Assembly (NCBI GenBank): GCA_028867755.1
Contig: JAGWFT010000001.1
Coordinates: 1,092,727-1,156,726 of the forward strand
Source: Nitrososphaerota archaeon
GTDB lineage: Archaea > Thermoproteota > Nitrososphaeria > Nitrososphaerales > Nitrosopumilaceae
Direction of reading: 5' to 3'
DNA: 64,000 nucleotides
Part shown: positions 10,997 to 20,624 of the stretch, in pieces
Layout of the letters: each line of letters begins with the position of its first letter
Numbering within the stretch: position 1 is the first letter of the stretch
Notes under the pieces: model-generated
Databases searched by the model: none
The model's input: the letters and a program-made list of their open reading frames with translations, nothing else
What the model was told of the DNA's origin: nothing
Position numbers and translations under genes: made by a program

Positions 10997-11106
10997 GTCA
11001 TGGTCTATGATATAGATACTTAAATTTCTTAATGAAGAATCAGACATTTATCAGAAAATTATCAGGCCGAATGCGTTTATTTAGTGGCATATTACAGTTA
11101 TATTAT

Positions 11107-11394
11107 ATGCCATTAAAGCGTGCAAGTAGAGGCAGGAAGAAGGGAGGCAAAGGATCCTCTGATCGTGTCCAATGCTCTAACTGTGGTGCAACCGTACCAC
11201 GTGACAAGGCAAAGAAAGTCACATCAAGACTAAATTTGGTAGAACATAGCTTAGCAAAAGAGCTTAGAGCACAAGGAGCATACATTGCCTCACCAACAGT
11301 ATTGAAACACTATTGCATTTCATGCGCAATTCATTTTGGCATATTAAAGATTAGATCAGCAGACTCTAGACGCCAAACTGGCAGACTCCGCTAG
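11107..11394 (+). CDS. rps26e: 30S ribosomal protein S26e
   Basis: MPLKRASRGRKKGGKG, QCSNCG...VPRDKAKK, YCISCAIH; ATG at 11107. Confidence 0.93.
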   Translation: MPLKRASRGRKKGGKGSSDRVQCSNCGATVPRDKAKKVTSRLNLVEHSLAKELRAQGAYIASPTVLKHYCISCAIHFGILKIRSADSRRQTGRLR

Positions 11395-11969
11395 TCGTTT
11401 ATCTTTTTGGCAGTAGCAATTATTCTTTGAATAAATGTAATTCCTGCTATGATGATTACTATTATGACAGCGTAATTGAGAAAAACCGCGCCTGCCATTC
11501 CAACAATTGCTATTACAAGTAATCTTTCTGCTCGTTCACCTATTCCAATTCCTTGAAGCTGAACACCTAACGATTCTGCCCTTGCCCTAGTATAACTTAC
11601 AAGCAATGACAAAGTAATTGCTAAAAGAACCAAGTATCCTTCGGAATAATTTCCAATCAATATGCCAAGAAATATTGCCACTTCTGCAATCTTGTCAAAA
11701 ACAGAATCTAGGAATGCTCCTTTTTTTGATACCTTGCCAGTTATTCTAGCTACTTGGCCGTCTACAATGTCAAAAAATCCTGATACTAGAAGAAGAATGC
11801 CACCAATTACAAATGAATACTGAAAATGAATTCCATAAACTATAGCTGATGCAAATGCAAATGCAAGACCAATCGCAGTCCAGAAATTTGCAGAAAGTCC
11901 AGTAGAAGCAAACGCTTTGCCTATACTTTGAAGAGTTGGTTTGAGGCCTTCTCTTAAATTGTTAAGCAT
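11391..11969 (-). CDS. CDP-alcohol phosphatidyltransferase (archaetidylinositol-phosphate-synthase-like)
   Basis: DIVDGQVAR...GAFLDSVFD signature, SYTRARAE, GERAER; hydrophobic. Confidence 0.9.
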   Translation of the reverse strand: MLNNLREGLKPTLQSIGKAFASTGLSANFWTAIGLAFAFASAIVYGIHFQYSFVIGGILLLVSGFFDIVDGQVARITGKVSKKGAFLDSVFDKIAEVAIFLGILIGNYSEGYLVLLAITLSLLVSYTRARAESLGVQLQGIGIGERAERLLVIAIVGMAGAVFLNYAVIIVIIIAGITFIQRIIATAKKIND

Positions 11970-12058
11970 TTGACTCTCAATCGCTCTTTGGAATTAAAGC
12001 GTTTACGATACATAAATGGACCAAAAATACTCAAATAATATAGTGTAGAAGGTCTTGC

Positions 12059-12271
12059 ATGGGCATCATAGCAAAAGGTGCAAAGTGTAATGTTATTGGT
12101 TGCGATAAAGATGGGGTTCGCTCATTGACTACCTCAAAGGTAGAAGGCACCGGCTTGAGTATCACAGGTGTCGGAAAGAAAACTGTTCTATGCAAAGAAC
12201 ATTACAAAGAATGGAAAAAAGCCACAAAAGAAGACCGCGATGTAGAACGTGCCAGATACGACAGGTTTTAG
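12059..12271 (+). CDS. Small putative zinc-binding protein (CxxxxC...CxxH)
   Basis: 70-aa ORF with CNVIGC and LCKEHY, filling an intergenic gap. Confidence 0.65.
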   Translation: MGIIAKGAKCNVIGCDKDGVRSLTTSKVEGTGLSITGVGKKTVLCKEHYKEWKKATKEDRDVERARYDRF

Positions 12272-12376
12272 CTCCTATCCTTAAACCCCGCAAGAATATA
12301 GCAAACAGACCTTATTCTATATTAGAGAAATACAATTCTTTCACGCTAAAAACCGAGGCCTTTATAATGCCCCAAT

Positions 12377-12976
12377 TTGTCAAACAATCCGATGAAGTCA
12401 AAACCAATGGGCGCACTATTTGGTGTTTTGGCTCTAGTTGCCATCATCGCAATAGCTCAACCAGCTTATGCAGCAAACGTCCCAATAACAATTAGCAAGG
12501 GCGCAAGTGCTACAAACGGAACATGCTCAGCAACAACCTGCTTCAATCCCCAAGTTGCAAACATCAACGTTGGAGACACTATAACCTGGACAAATGCTGA
12601 TACCGTTGGACATACTGCAACAAGCGGCAAGCCATCAGACAATCAGACAGGCACTGTCTTTGACAGTAGTTTGATTGCAGCTGGCAAATCTTACACGAGC
12701 ACTGCTTTCAATACAGCAGGCACATACAACTACTTTTGCATGGTTCATCCATGGATGACAGGCCAAGTAATTGTCGGAGCAGCCGCAACTAGTACACCAC
12801 CACCCACTAACGCGTCTTCAGGAAGCATGTCTGGAACGAACATGACTGGAAACAGTACCATGTCAGGAAATCAGACTGTACCAGAGTTTGGTCCTGTGGC
12901 CTCACTAGTTCTTGTAATTGCAATCATTAGTGTCGTCGCATTCACCGCAAAGACTAGAGGATTACCAAAACTCTAA
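12377..12976 (+). CDS. Exported plastocyanin/azurin-type blue-copper protein with PEFG-CTERM
   Basis: Signal peptide; GHTATSG and YFCMVHPWMTG type-1 Cu ligands; Ser/Thr/Asn linker; VPEFG + TM helix + basic tail; start could be a later ATG. Confidence 0.92.
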   Translation: MSNNPMKSKPMGALFGVLALVAIIAIAQPAYAANVPITISKGASATNGTCSATTCFNPQVANINVGDTITWTNADTVGHTATSGKPSDNQTGTVFDSSLIAAGKSYTSTAFNTAGTYNYFCMVHPWMTGQVIVGAAATSTPPPTNASSGSMSGTNMTGNSTMSGNQTVPEFGPVASLVLVIAIISVVAFTAKTRGLPKL

Positions 12977-13142
12977 ATCTTCTATTTTTCTATTTTTAAT
13001 TCACAACATCTAGATGTATTTTTCTTATTTTCAAAATATGCAAGATCTTTGCAATACTTTCTCAGTGCATATTGAAGATTCTTGATTTTCTAGGTTTGTC
13101 AGTGTGTAATACACAATTACACTATACCAACACAGTTTTTGG

Positions 13143-13265
13143 TTATGAAGCAGCTAACTTGACTTCTGTTGCATAGTGCCGAGATACTTCATCATGCATG
13201 ATAACATGAGATTGTTCTTTGAAAACCAGGTTACATCGATAACATTTCCATGCTGTCATGCTCAT
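13143..13265 (-). CDS. 40-aa classical C2H2 zinc-finger microprotein, not in the ORF track
   Basis: My translation: MSMTAWKCYRCNLVFKEQSHVIMHDEVSRHYATEVKLAAS*; fits C-x2-C-x3-F-x5-hydrophobic-x2-H-x5-H. Confidence 0.7.
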   Translation of the reverse strand: MSMTAWKCYRCNLVFKEQSHVIMHDEVSRHYATEVKLAAS

Positions 13266-13408
13266 TACTCACATAATGCAATTTTACTATATAAGACACA
13301 CTCATGATTTGTACTGTTGATAATTACCTAAAACAATTAACATGACTTGAAGTGAGCATTTGGTTCTTGTCATATAGTATTTTAATAACAACAAGGAACT
13401 CGATGTAG

Positions 13409-15181
13409 ATGCGCCCTTTTAAGATAGGCAAGTGGAACCTAAGTGAACTTGTAGTTGATCCATATTCCCCCGAGTTTAAGAGAAGGCTTGGTGCAATAGA
13501 TCTCAGAGTTAAAGAATTTGAAAAGAACAAGAAAAATCTAACTCCAAGTATTTCAGAAAAAAAATTCACAGCCATGCTTCATGATTTGGAAGAAATATCA
13601 GAAAAGTTCGGCATTGTGGCAGGTTATGCATCACTAGAATACTCCTCTGATACCCAGTCTGATAAGGTAACCTCACTTCTTACTAAAATGAGAAAATTTG
13701 GAGCAGAAGTTGACAACCGCACTTTATTTTTTGATCAATGGTGGAAAAAACAACTTGATGAAAAGAATGCAAAAAGACTAATGCGGCACACGGGAGAACT
13801 GCATGAATTTCTCAAACATAAGAGAGTGCTGGCACGATATTCGTTGACAGAACCTGAGGAGAAGATAATAAACACACTAGATGTCACAGGCCATTCTGCC
13901 CTCGTAAAGATATATGACAAAATTACAAATGCGTTCCAATTTACAGTAAAAGTGGATGGAAGAACAAGAACCTACACACGAGAAGAGCTTACTCAACTTG
14001 TGAGAAGCCCAAAGGCAAAAACAAGAGAGATTGCATACAAATCACTACTATCTCAATTTGACAAAAACAAAGGTGTTCTAGGTGAGATATATCAGAACAT
14101 TGCCACAAATTGGAGAGATGAGTGTATTCAAATCCGAGGATACTCTTCACCCATATCTGTCAGAAACATTGGAAATGACGTAGATGACAAAACTGTAGAG
14201 TCACTTATTTCGGTATGCAGGAGGAACTCTGATGTATTTCGAAAGTTTTTTTCATTAAAAGGCCGCATTCTAAAAGTAAAAAAACTCAGAAGATATGACT
14301 TGTATGCCCCTATTGAGAAAAAAGAGGAGAAAAAATACACATATGACAATGCAGTCAAAACTGTGCTTCAGACTCTTGGTAACTTTAGTCCCACACTGGG
14401 GGAGTTTGCAAAAAAAGTATTTGTGGAAAACCATGTTGACTCGCAAATAAGACCTGGAAAAAGAAGCGGTGCTTTTTGCAGTACAATTGCACCAAAGATA
14501 ACACCATTTGTTTTACTGAATTTCAAAGGAAGAACAAATGATGTCTTTACCATGGCGCATGAACTAGGACATGCAATACATAGCATTGCTGCAGCAGATA
14601 AATCAATTTTCATTCAGGAAGCACCACTGCCACTGGCTGAAACTGCATCTACATTTTCTGAGATGTTGTTATTTGATAGAATCTCAAATCAGGTCTCAGA
14701 GAAAGAACAACAACCAATTCTAGTTGAACACATAGATGATCTTTATGCCACGGTTGGAAGACAGGCCTACTTTACAGTTTTTGAGATAGCCGCACACCAG
14801 AGAATAGGGGAAAGCACAACAATACAAGACATCTCTGAAGAATACATGAGAACATTAAAAGAACAGTTTGGATCCTCGCTTTCAATTTCTCAAGACTTTG
14901 CAGTAGAATGGACATGTATCCCGCATTTCTTTCATTCTCCCTTCTATTGCTATTCATATTCATTTGGCAATCTACTGTCACTTTCTTTGTTCCAGAGATA
15001 CAGAAAAGAAGGACAATCATTTGCACCAACTTACGTAAAGATACTTTCTGCGGGAGGGGCAAAAAAACCAGAAGAGTTGCTCAGAGAACACGGAATAGAT
15101 ATAACATCTGAAAAGTTCTGGCAAGAAGGTTTTGATTATATCAAAAGTCAGATCAAAAGGCTTGAAAAAGTAGTATATTAA
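13409..15181 (+). CDS. pepF: Oligoendopeptidase F (M3B)
   Basis: HELGH zincin motif, GKRSGAFC, LAETASTFSE, PHFFHSPFYCYSYSFG. Confidence 0.92.
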   Translation: MRPFKIGKWNLSELVVDPYSPEFKRRLGAIDLRVKEFEKNKKNLTPSISEKKFTAMLHDLEEISEKFGIVAGYASLEYSSDTQSDKVTSLLTKMRKFGAEVDNRTLFFDQWWKKQLDEKNAKRLMRHTGELHEFLKHKRVLARYSLTEPEEKIINTLDVTGHSALVKIYDKITNAFQFTVKVDGRTRTYTREELTQLVRSPKAKTREIAYKSLLSQFDKNKGVLGEIYQNIATNWRDECIQIRGYSSPISVRNIGNDVDDKTVESLISVCRRNSDVFRKFFSLKGRILKVKKLRRYDLYAPIEKKEEKKYTYDNAVKTVLQTLGNFSPTLGEFAKKVFVENHVDSQIRPGKRSGAFCSTIAPKITPFVLLNFKGRTNDVFTMAHELGHAIHSIAAADKSIFIQEAPLPLAETASTFSEMLLFDRISNQVSEKEQQPILVEHIDDLYATVGRQAYFTVFEIAAHQRIGESTTIQDISEEYMRTLKEQFGSSLSISQDFAVEWTCIPHFFHSPFYCYSYSFGNLLSLSLFQRYRKEGQSFAPTYVKILSAGGAKKPEELLREHGIDITSEKFWQEGFDYIKSQIKRLEKVVY

Positions 15182-15185
15182 AATC

Positions 15186-15262
15186 GCCTGGCAGTCAAGC
15201 GCCCTCAACTGCCAGGCATGTTCCCCTACGGTTTGAACCGATGTCAGTGACTAGAGAGATAC
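15186..15262 (-). ncRNA. Candidate structured small RNA of unknown class
   Basis: GC-rich block between two convergent gene ends; 14-bp hairpin 15186-15217 (G-U pairs on the minus strand only), CGG-TTCAAA-CCG hairpin 15229-15240, TATA-like TTATAA/TTTAAA at 15264-15275. Confidence 0.45.
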
Positions 15263-15366
15263 ATTATAATTTAAACTATTGGGAGCAGATCTGAGCTATT
15301 TGTTGAGATGTAGGTTTGTTGCTAAAAATGTGTGAAGAATGGGTTTTTGCACTATCTTTCAATTTT

Positions 15367-16671
15367 TTAATTATTGATTAATTGTCTTTTTTTATATCGT
15401 ATTACAAACAGAATTGTGATAACAGAAATTATGCCTCCCACAATCAACCAAAGGTTGTTTGGCAGAGTCATTTCAGACTGAGTTCCAGTTGTCTTGTCCA
15501 TTAGTTCTAAAACTCCATGTGATGACGGTATTGACATGGTTGTTCCAGAAGGCCAAGATAACGCATAAAATGTACTACATGCAGAATTATTATTTCCAGA
15601 ACATGCTGATGCCTTTAACGAAATGCCATATCTATCTAAATTATGCAAAAGAGATAGTGGTATTCTAAATTCATATAGTCTGTGATCATAGTTTGATTCA
15701 ATAGGATCATTTGTGCTTGAGAACCCCATACTTGAATTATAACCTGAGGGTGGCACAAGGTCAATCGGATTACTTTGATTATCATATGTCCATACTTCGC
15801 TTCCAAAATTGGTACTCATTTTGGTTCCATTTAAGAAAGCATAGCTTGTTCCAACTCCTGTTTCGTTGACACTAAGAAAATTTCCCTGGGAGTTGCCTGA
15901 ATCAAAGATCATCAAGAAATGATATCCTAGTACAGGGGCGTAAGATGAATTTGTTTGGTCAGTCACAACATCAGCAAGAACGTAAAGAAAATTTGAATCA
16001 TGTTGTGCAAGGACATACATCTTGGACCCATTTCTCTCTGTGCTGACAGCTTTTGATGGATCCCACTCTGTAGTCCACTTTCCATTAATGATAGGAGGAG
16101 TATCGGTAAATGAAGCCTCCAATACTTGTGGTTTTCCAGACAAGGTAAAATTTTGAGCAACAGATCCTGCTGCAAGAGGGGCTTGTGTGAGCATCTGACT
16201 GCCTGTAATCTGAATCTCTTCTATTCCTTGATTGAATGCAATTTTTAAAATTCTGTTTGAAGGAGTTGTAGTCTCTTCATAGCCTAATCCGTGATTATTT
16301 CCACGTACCACAAAATGTGTCTCCTCGCCGTTCTTCGTGGCATCTATCAAAGTTCTTGGCAGATTTATTGTAAAGTTACCGTTCTTTGTTGTTTGTAAAG
16401 ATATGACAATAGAGTTGGATGTAGTATTGGCGTTTATTGAAACTAGTTTTCCTCCTGTAATATCATAGTTAACTGACATATTAGTTCCATTTACGCTAGC
16501 AAGATTATTCAAGTTGGCAGATGGCATCTGTTGACCAAATACAACTTGAGATGAGATGAAAATAGCAGTTAGTATTATAAATATAATCAAAACTCTACTG
16601 TTTTGGAAAATGTGTGTTTCAATATTAGATTTTGGGGACAATTTATTAGAAGGGTAAAATGAATCTATCAT
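15367..16671 (-). CDS. Membrane-anchored exported protein: conserved thaumarchaeal beta-domain plus CBM9/DOMON-like domain
   Basis: N-terminal TM helix, many N-x-S/T sequons, PPIINGKWTTEW and YEFRIPLS typical of DOMON/CBM9-like folds, C-terminal TM + KKR; start trimmed to the ATG at 16671. Confidence 0.65.
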   Translation of the reverse strand: MIDSFYPSNKLSPKSNIETHIFQNSRVLIIFIILTAIFISSQVVFGQQMPSANLNNLASVNGTNMSVNYDITGGKLVSINANTTSNSIVISLQTTKNGNFTINLPRTLIDATKNGEETHFVVRGNNHGLGYEETTTPSNRILKIAFNQGIEEIQITGSQMLTQAPLAAGSVAQNFTLSGKPQVLEASFTDTPPIINGKWTTEWDPSKAVSTERNGSKMYVLAQHDSNFLYVLADVVTDQTNSSYAPVLGYHFLMIFDSGNSQGNFLSVNETGVGTSYAFLNGTKMSTNFGSEVWTYDNQSNPIDLVPPSGYNSSMGFSSTNDPIESNYDHRLYEFRIPLSLLHNLDRYGISLKASACSGNNNSACSTFYALSWPSGTTMSIPSSHGVLELMDKTTGTQSEMTLPNNLWLIVGGIISVITILFVIRYKKRQLINN

Positions 16672-16753
16672 ATTAAGAATTCGAAGCAAAAAAAGATTAC
16701 TAGATCCTCGCAACAGTTTTTCAAAATGATCGGACCTTATGGTACTTGAACAT

Positions 16754-17191
16754 TCAACCTGAAAAATAGAATGTTGTTTGAGATGTAACATTAGACGAAC
16801 CATATTGTGCTGATACAGCATATGTCCCACCAAGCTTCCAAATAGCAGGGGTAGTCATGATTGTAGCTTGAAATCTACCATCTAGAGAAACAGGAATTCG
16901 TTCAGCTTGTAAAAGTAAATTATTTGGATCAAGAATCAAAATTGTTACTGGAGTGCCAGCAACTGGCGATTTAACCATACCTGAAATTACGATTACATCG
17001 CCCATACTGTAAGAGGACTTGTCTGTGATAGCAGTGATAGAAGTCGGAGTAGGTTGGTTACTTGATTGTGTTATGCTGGATGTGGAATTGTTGACAGTGG
17101 TAACCTTGAATTCACCTTGTTCAAGATAGAGGATTATCGTTGTTATGACCACAATCACGACACATACTGCAATCAGGATTTTTCCATTCAT
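16754..17191 (-). CDS. Membrane-anchored Ig-like (MG2-type) protein
   Basis: N-terminal TM, Ser/Thr linker, TDKSSYSMGDVIVISGMV beta-sandwich pattern. Confidence 0.7.
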   Translation of the reverse strand: MNGKILIAVCVVIVVITTIILYLEQGEFKVTTVNNSTSSITQSSNQPTPTSITAITDKSSYSMGDVIVISGMVKSPVAGTPVTILILDPNNLLLQAERIPVSLDGRFQATIMTTPAIWKLGGTYAVSAQYGSSNVTSQTTFYFSG

Positions 17192-17221
17192 GATTTAACT
17201 ATCCTACATTTCACGTATTAT

Positions 17222-18274
17222 CTAATGGCTAAATCTGACTCTGAAAATCAACAAGGAGATGATGGCAACCGTTAGAGTGACAAGAGTCGTGGTACCAAAT
17301 TCAGGAACAGTAGCTTTTTTCTGGGCACTGGAAGTTTGATTTTCTATTGAAAATTTTTGTACGGTGGGATGATATGGATTGCTGTCAGACACATACACAT
17401 TGCCCTCAGAATCAACTGTGATGCCTGTTGGCGACAAGAACTGGCCACTATCGGTTCCATTGGTTCCCCATGCGGTAACAAACTGTCCATCGTTTGTAAA
17501 TTTTTGTACATTTCTATTGCCAGCATCTGTGATGTATATATCATCATTTGAATCAATTGTGATTCCTATTGGTCTAGTAAATTGTCCATTTCCTGTACCT
17601 GAAGAACCCCATTTTGTTAGAAACTGGCCATCGTTTGTAAATTTCTGTATGCGATCGTTATTTGTATCAACCACATACACATTACCATTTTTGTCTAGCG
17701 CTATACCACTTGGGGTATCAAATTTTCCATCGTCGGTTCCAAGTGTCCCCCATGTGTTAATGGCATTACCATTGTTTGCAATTTCAAAGACAGAATTTTT
17801 TGATTGTTCTGTAAAATACATATTACCAGCAGAATCAACAGCAATACCAACAGGATACAACTGAGAAACAATAAATGATTTAACATAATTTCCTGAACTA
17901 TCAAATTCTTCGATCCTATTATTTGACTGATCAGTTACATAGATGCTTCCAGATGAATCAGCGGCAATATTTGTCGGTAAATTAAATTGCCCATAACCTG
18001 TTCCATATGTACCCCATGCAGAAAGAAACTTGCCATCATTTGAGAATTTCTCAACACGGTTATTGTTTGTATCAGTTACATACACATTATCATATGAATC
18101 CACTGCAACACCTACTGGTTCATTTAACATACCTTCAGAGTTACCTAAGGAACCCCACGAGGTAACAAAAGAGTATGTCTGTTGTGCAAGTGCAAATGCA
18201 AATGAAAAACCCGTACTAAAGTAAATCAATACACAGCCAATTATCAATAAAACCCAGGTCTTTTCTAATCTCAT
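17222..18274 (-). CDS. Secreted NHL-repeat beta-propeller with PEFG-CTERM
   Basis: Six P.GIAVDS.GNVYV.D..N.RVQKF repeats; signal peptide; VPEFG + TM tail. Confidence 0.93.
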   Translation of the reverse strand: MRLEKTWVLLIIGCVLIYFSTGFSFAFALAQQTYSFVTSWGSLGNSEGMLNEPVGVAVDSYDNVYVTDTNNNRVEKFSNDGKFLSAWGTYGTGYGQFNLPTNIAADSSGSIYVTDQSNNRIEEFDSSGNYVKSFIVSQLYPVGIAVDSAGNMYFTEQSKNSVFEIANNGNAINTWGTLGTDDGKFDTPSGIALDKNGNVYVVDTNNDRIQKFTNDGQFLTKWGSSGTGNGQFTRPIGITIDSNDDIYITDAGNRNVQKFTNDGQFVTAWGTNGTDSGQFLSPTGITVDSEGNVYVSDSNPYHPTVQKFSIENQTSSAQKKATVPEFGTTTLVTLTVAIISLLIFRVRFSH

Positions 18275-18654
18275 TTTTTAACTGACAAATTCTGGTTTTT
18301 TATTCTTTATTAAAGTTCGCCAACATGATAAAAACACAGATGAAGAAGAATGAGAAGTAAATCTGTAAGATGTCCTATTCTCTAAAATTGGATTTGATAA
18401 ATTGTTGATTTGTTTATCATGATGACAAAATACAGAATTGGGCGAATGAGTAGATGTAAAAAAACTCCAGTTTTTGCCAGATATGAACCAGTCAACGACA
18501 AACAAAGACATATCTAAAAGATAGAAAACTATGGAAAAAGAAGCCTAGTTCTCCAGCATGCATAGTTTTGCACGTTTTGTTCGTAATTCAAGTATAAAAA
18601 ATGCAATCAGCATAGCAAAAGCTATTTTATTTTACAATGCAAACTAATTTGTAA

Positions 18655-18810
18655 GTGAAATACCCCAGATGTTGCAATAAGGAACCAGAATATTTGATTA
18701 CATATGATTGTGGCCCAGATCCACAAGAGACCATGCTTGTATGCAAAGAACATTTCAAAGAAGAACCATTCCAGAGATTTGCAGTCAAGATAGAAAAACT
18801 GCGTGGGTAG
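18655..18810 (+). CDS. 51-aa Cys/His microprotein (CC...C...CxxH), not in the ORF track
   Basis: My translation from GTG: MKYPRCCNKEPEYLITYDCGPDPQETMLVCKEHFKEEPFQRFAVKIEKLRG*; stop lies 32 nt before the next gene. Confidence 0.55.
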   Translation: MKYPRCCNKEPEYLITYDCGPDPQETMLVCKEHFKEEPFQRFAVKIEKLRG

Positions 18811-18842
18811 ACTTAATAATTCGAGCTAAAAAGTTGCATTAA

Positions 18843-20021
18843 ATGAAATATGTTGTCGTATCTTTATTTATCGTTACAGCTCTGATTAGTTCGATTACAA
18901 GCGTCTATGCACAACAGCCCCAGCTTGCAACATACAGAGAAACGGCACATGTGCTTGTAGATGATGTTTCTCAGAATCGAACTTCTGCCTTCATAACATT
19001 ATCCACTGACAGTAATCTAGAAATGCAAGTCCCAACATCTCTTGATAAAGAAATACACGATGCCCAAAATGTCACATCTGTTGACATAACAAATGTACCA
19101 AACTGTGTTTTAGGTGTACCGAGTAATGTAGGCTGTGTGGTAATAACAATGATAAATCCTTCATTGGTAGAATCACATGATATAGGAAAGATACAAGCTA
19201 ACGGACAAAAAGTTGGTGATTCAATTATAAAAGAAATAAACAAAGAGTTTAGTCTTGATTCTCAACTTTGGCAAGTTTATGTCAGACCTACACCTAAAAC
19301 AGAATTAAGTGCAACTCCCGGAACTTCTAACTCTTCTGCAAATATTTCAATTAATGCAGTATACACATTTTCGACTACCAAGACAGATTATCTGTTTGAT
19401 GACTTTTCTTCGGTGCTTTTAGCTAAACAGATTTCACATGCTGGAGGGTTTTATGATGTTGCAAAGACAATGGCAAGTAACAATGATTCAAGTATAACAT
19501 TTGCAATAATTCCTCAAAACAATACCTCACTTTATCAACTACAGGTTGCAAGATACTTTTCCTTGAATGAAACACTGCCCATCATAAAGCCCTTACAATT
19601 GTTTGGCATTAATCAATTAATTAGATCATCATATTTTGACGTTGGTTTCTTCCCTCTCAACTCGCTTCTAGATGTAACAATATTATCAAAACATGATTTA
19701 ACAATAACAAACCACGGAGGAGAACTTGTACCAACTACTATAAGAAACGGTCAACAAATACCAACTGTTCTTTCACAACCTGGCTGGATTTTTGACCCTG
19801 GTTCAGGAAAAAGCATTTTTGCAGTGTATCTCTTTGGAACAAACACGACAGCATCAAATGATGAGCTAACATTAACCATAGGTAACTCAACTGGACAAGT
19901 AGGTCCAACTCAAGGCACAGCAGCTACAAGTCAGTCAGGAACTGACTACTCAACGTATGCACTAATCGGAATTGTAATTGCAGGTGGCGCTGCAGTTTAT
20001 CTTTTCATTAAAAGAAAATAA
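18843..20021 (+). CDS. Exported, C-terminally anchored hypothetical protein
   Basis: Signal peptide, sequons, C-terminal TM + KRK. Confidence 0.75.
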   Translation: MKYVVVSLFIVTALISSITSVYAQQPQLATYRETAHVLVDDVSQNRTSAFITLSTDSNLEMQVPTSLDKEIHDAQNVTSVDITNVPNCVLGVPSNVGCVVITMINPSLVESHDIGKIQANGQKVGDSIIKEINKEFSLDSQLWQVYVRPTPKTELSATPGTSNSSANISINAVYTFSTTKTDYLFDDFSSVLLAKQISHAGGFYDVAKTMASNNDSSITFAIIPQNNTSLYQLQVARYFSLNETLPIIKPLQLFGINQLIRSSYFDVGFFPLNSLLDVTILSKHDLTITNHGGELVPTTIRNGQQIPTVLSQPGWIFDPGSGKSIFAVYLFGTNTTASNDELTLTIGNSTGQVGPTQGTAATSQSGTDYSTYALIGIVIAGGAAVYLFIKRK

Positions 20022-20022
20022 T

Positions 20023-20592
20023 CTAAAGTATCAAAACTGCGGCTGCAAATACAGTAGTCCATCTTCCGTGTGGGTCTCCAATAGCACTTTGAGTGATGTT
20101 TCTTGTTTTGTATATTTGGTTTGATATTTTCCACTGTTGTTTTTTCTCATCCCAGCTCTTGTTTACATCAAATTCTATTCCTAATGAAGATGCCAGCATC
20201 TGAGCAGCAATATCTTCAGCATACTCACCGGCTTCTTTTTCAGTCTCACCAAAGGAATGATACTCAGAAAGATAACCGTACTTTGTTTTGTCTTTTGGTT
20301 CTGCAATTCCTACTGATGAAGCAATAAGTCTGTGAGGCTCATTAGTATCATTTCTTGCATAAATTACAAATTGTATACTTCCAGGCCTTATCAATTTAAG
20401 ACCTTCAGCTTTTGAGATCAGTTTTGCACCAGGTGGAAAAATGCTAGAAATTAGAACAATGTTAGTGCCTGCAATTCCAGCATCACGAAGAGCATATTCA
20501 AAGCTTGTCAGTCTATCTTGATGTACACCCTTACCTCTGGTAAGAAATAGTTTTTTTGCAACAAGATCAAGCACATTCCATTCTAATTCCAC
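20023..20592 (-). CDS. pdaD: Pyruvoyl-dependent arginine decarboxylase
   Basis: SFEYALRDAGI...N...ISSI.PP, GYLSEYH self-cleavage site. Confidence 0.88.
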   Translation of the reverse strand: MELEWNVLDLVAKKLFLTRGKGVHQDRLTSFEYALRDAGIAGTNIVLISSIFPPGAKLISKAEGLKLIRPGSIQFVIYARNDTNEPHRLIASSVGIAEPKDKTKYGYLSEYHSFGETEKEAGEYAEDIAAQMLASSLGIEFDVNKSWDEKKQQWKISNQIYKTRNITQSAIGDPHGRWTTVFAAAVLIL

Positions 20593-20624
20593 ATCTTTAA
20601 AAATTTATTGAAAATAAGGAAAAA

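Noticed and set aside
15186-15262. tRNA, tRNA-derived att site, or HDV-like ribozyme reading of the structured element
   Set aside because: The T-like loop is 6 nt with a 3-bp stem and there is no acceptor or anticodon arm. No P2 pairing partner or canonical J4/2 for an HDV fold could be found. Kept only as an unclassified ncRNA candidate.
16672-16833. 54-aa N-terminal extension of the 488-aa ORF
   Set aside because: It overlaps the upstream gene and is not protein-like; the ATG at 16671 gives a sensible signal anchor.
17300-18130. Repeated DNA words resembling a CRISPR array
   Set aside because: They are the degenerate coding repeats of the NHL propeller; there are no identical repeats with unique spacers and no cas genes.
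18278-18511. 77-aa minus-strand ORF or degraded membrane-protein gene
   Set aside because: Low-complexity with no motifs; other frames are interrupted by stops and I cannot assign a family.
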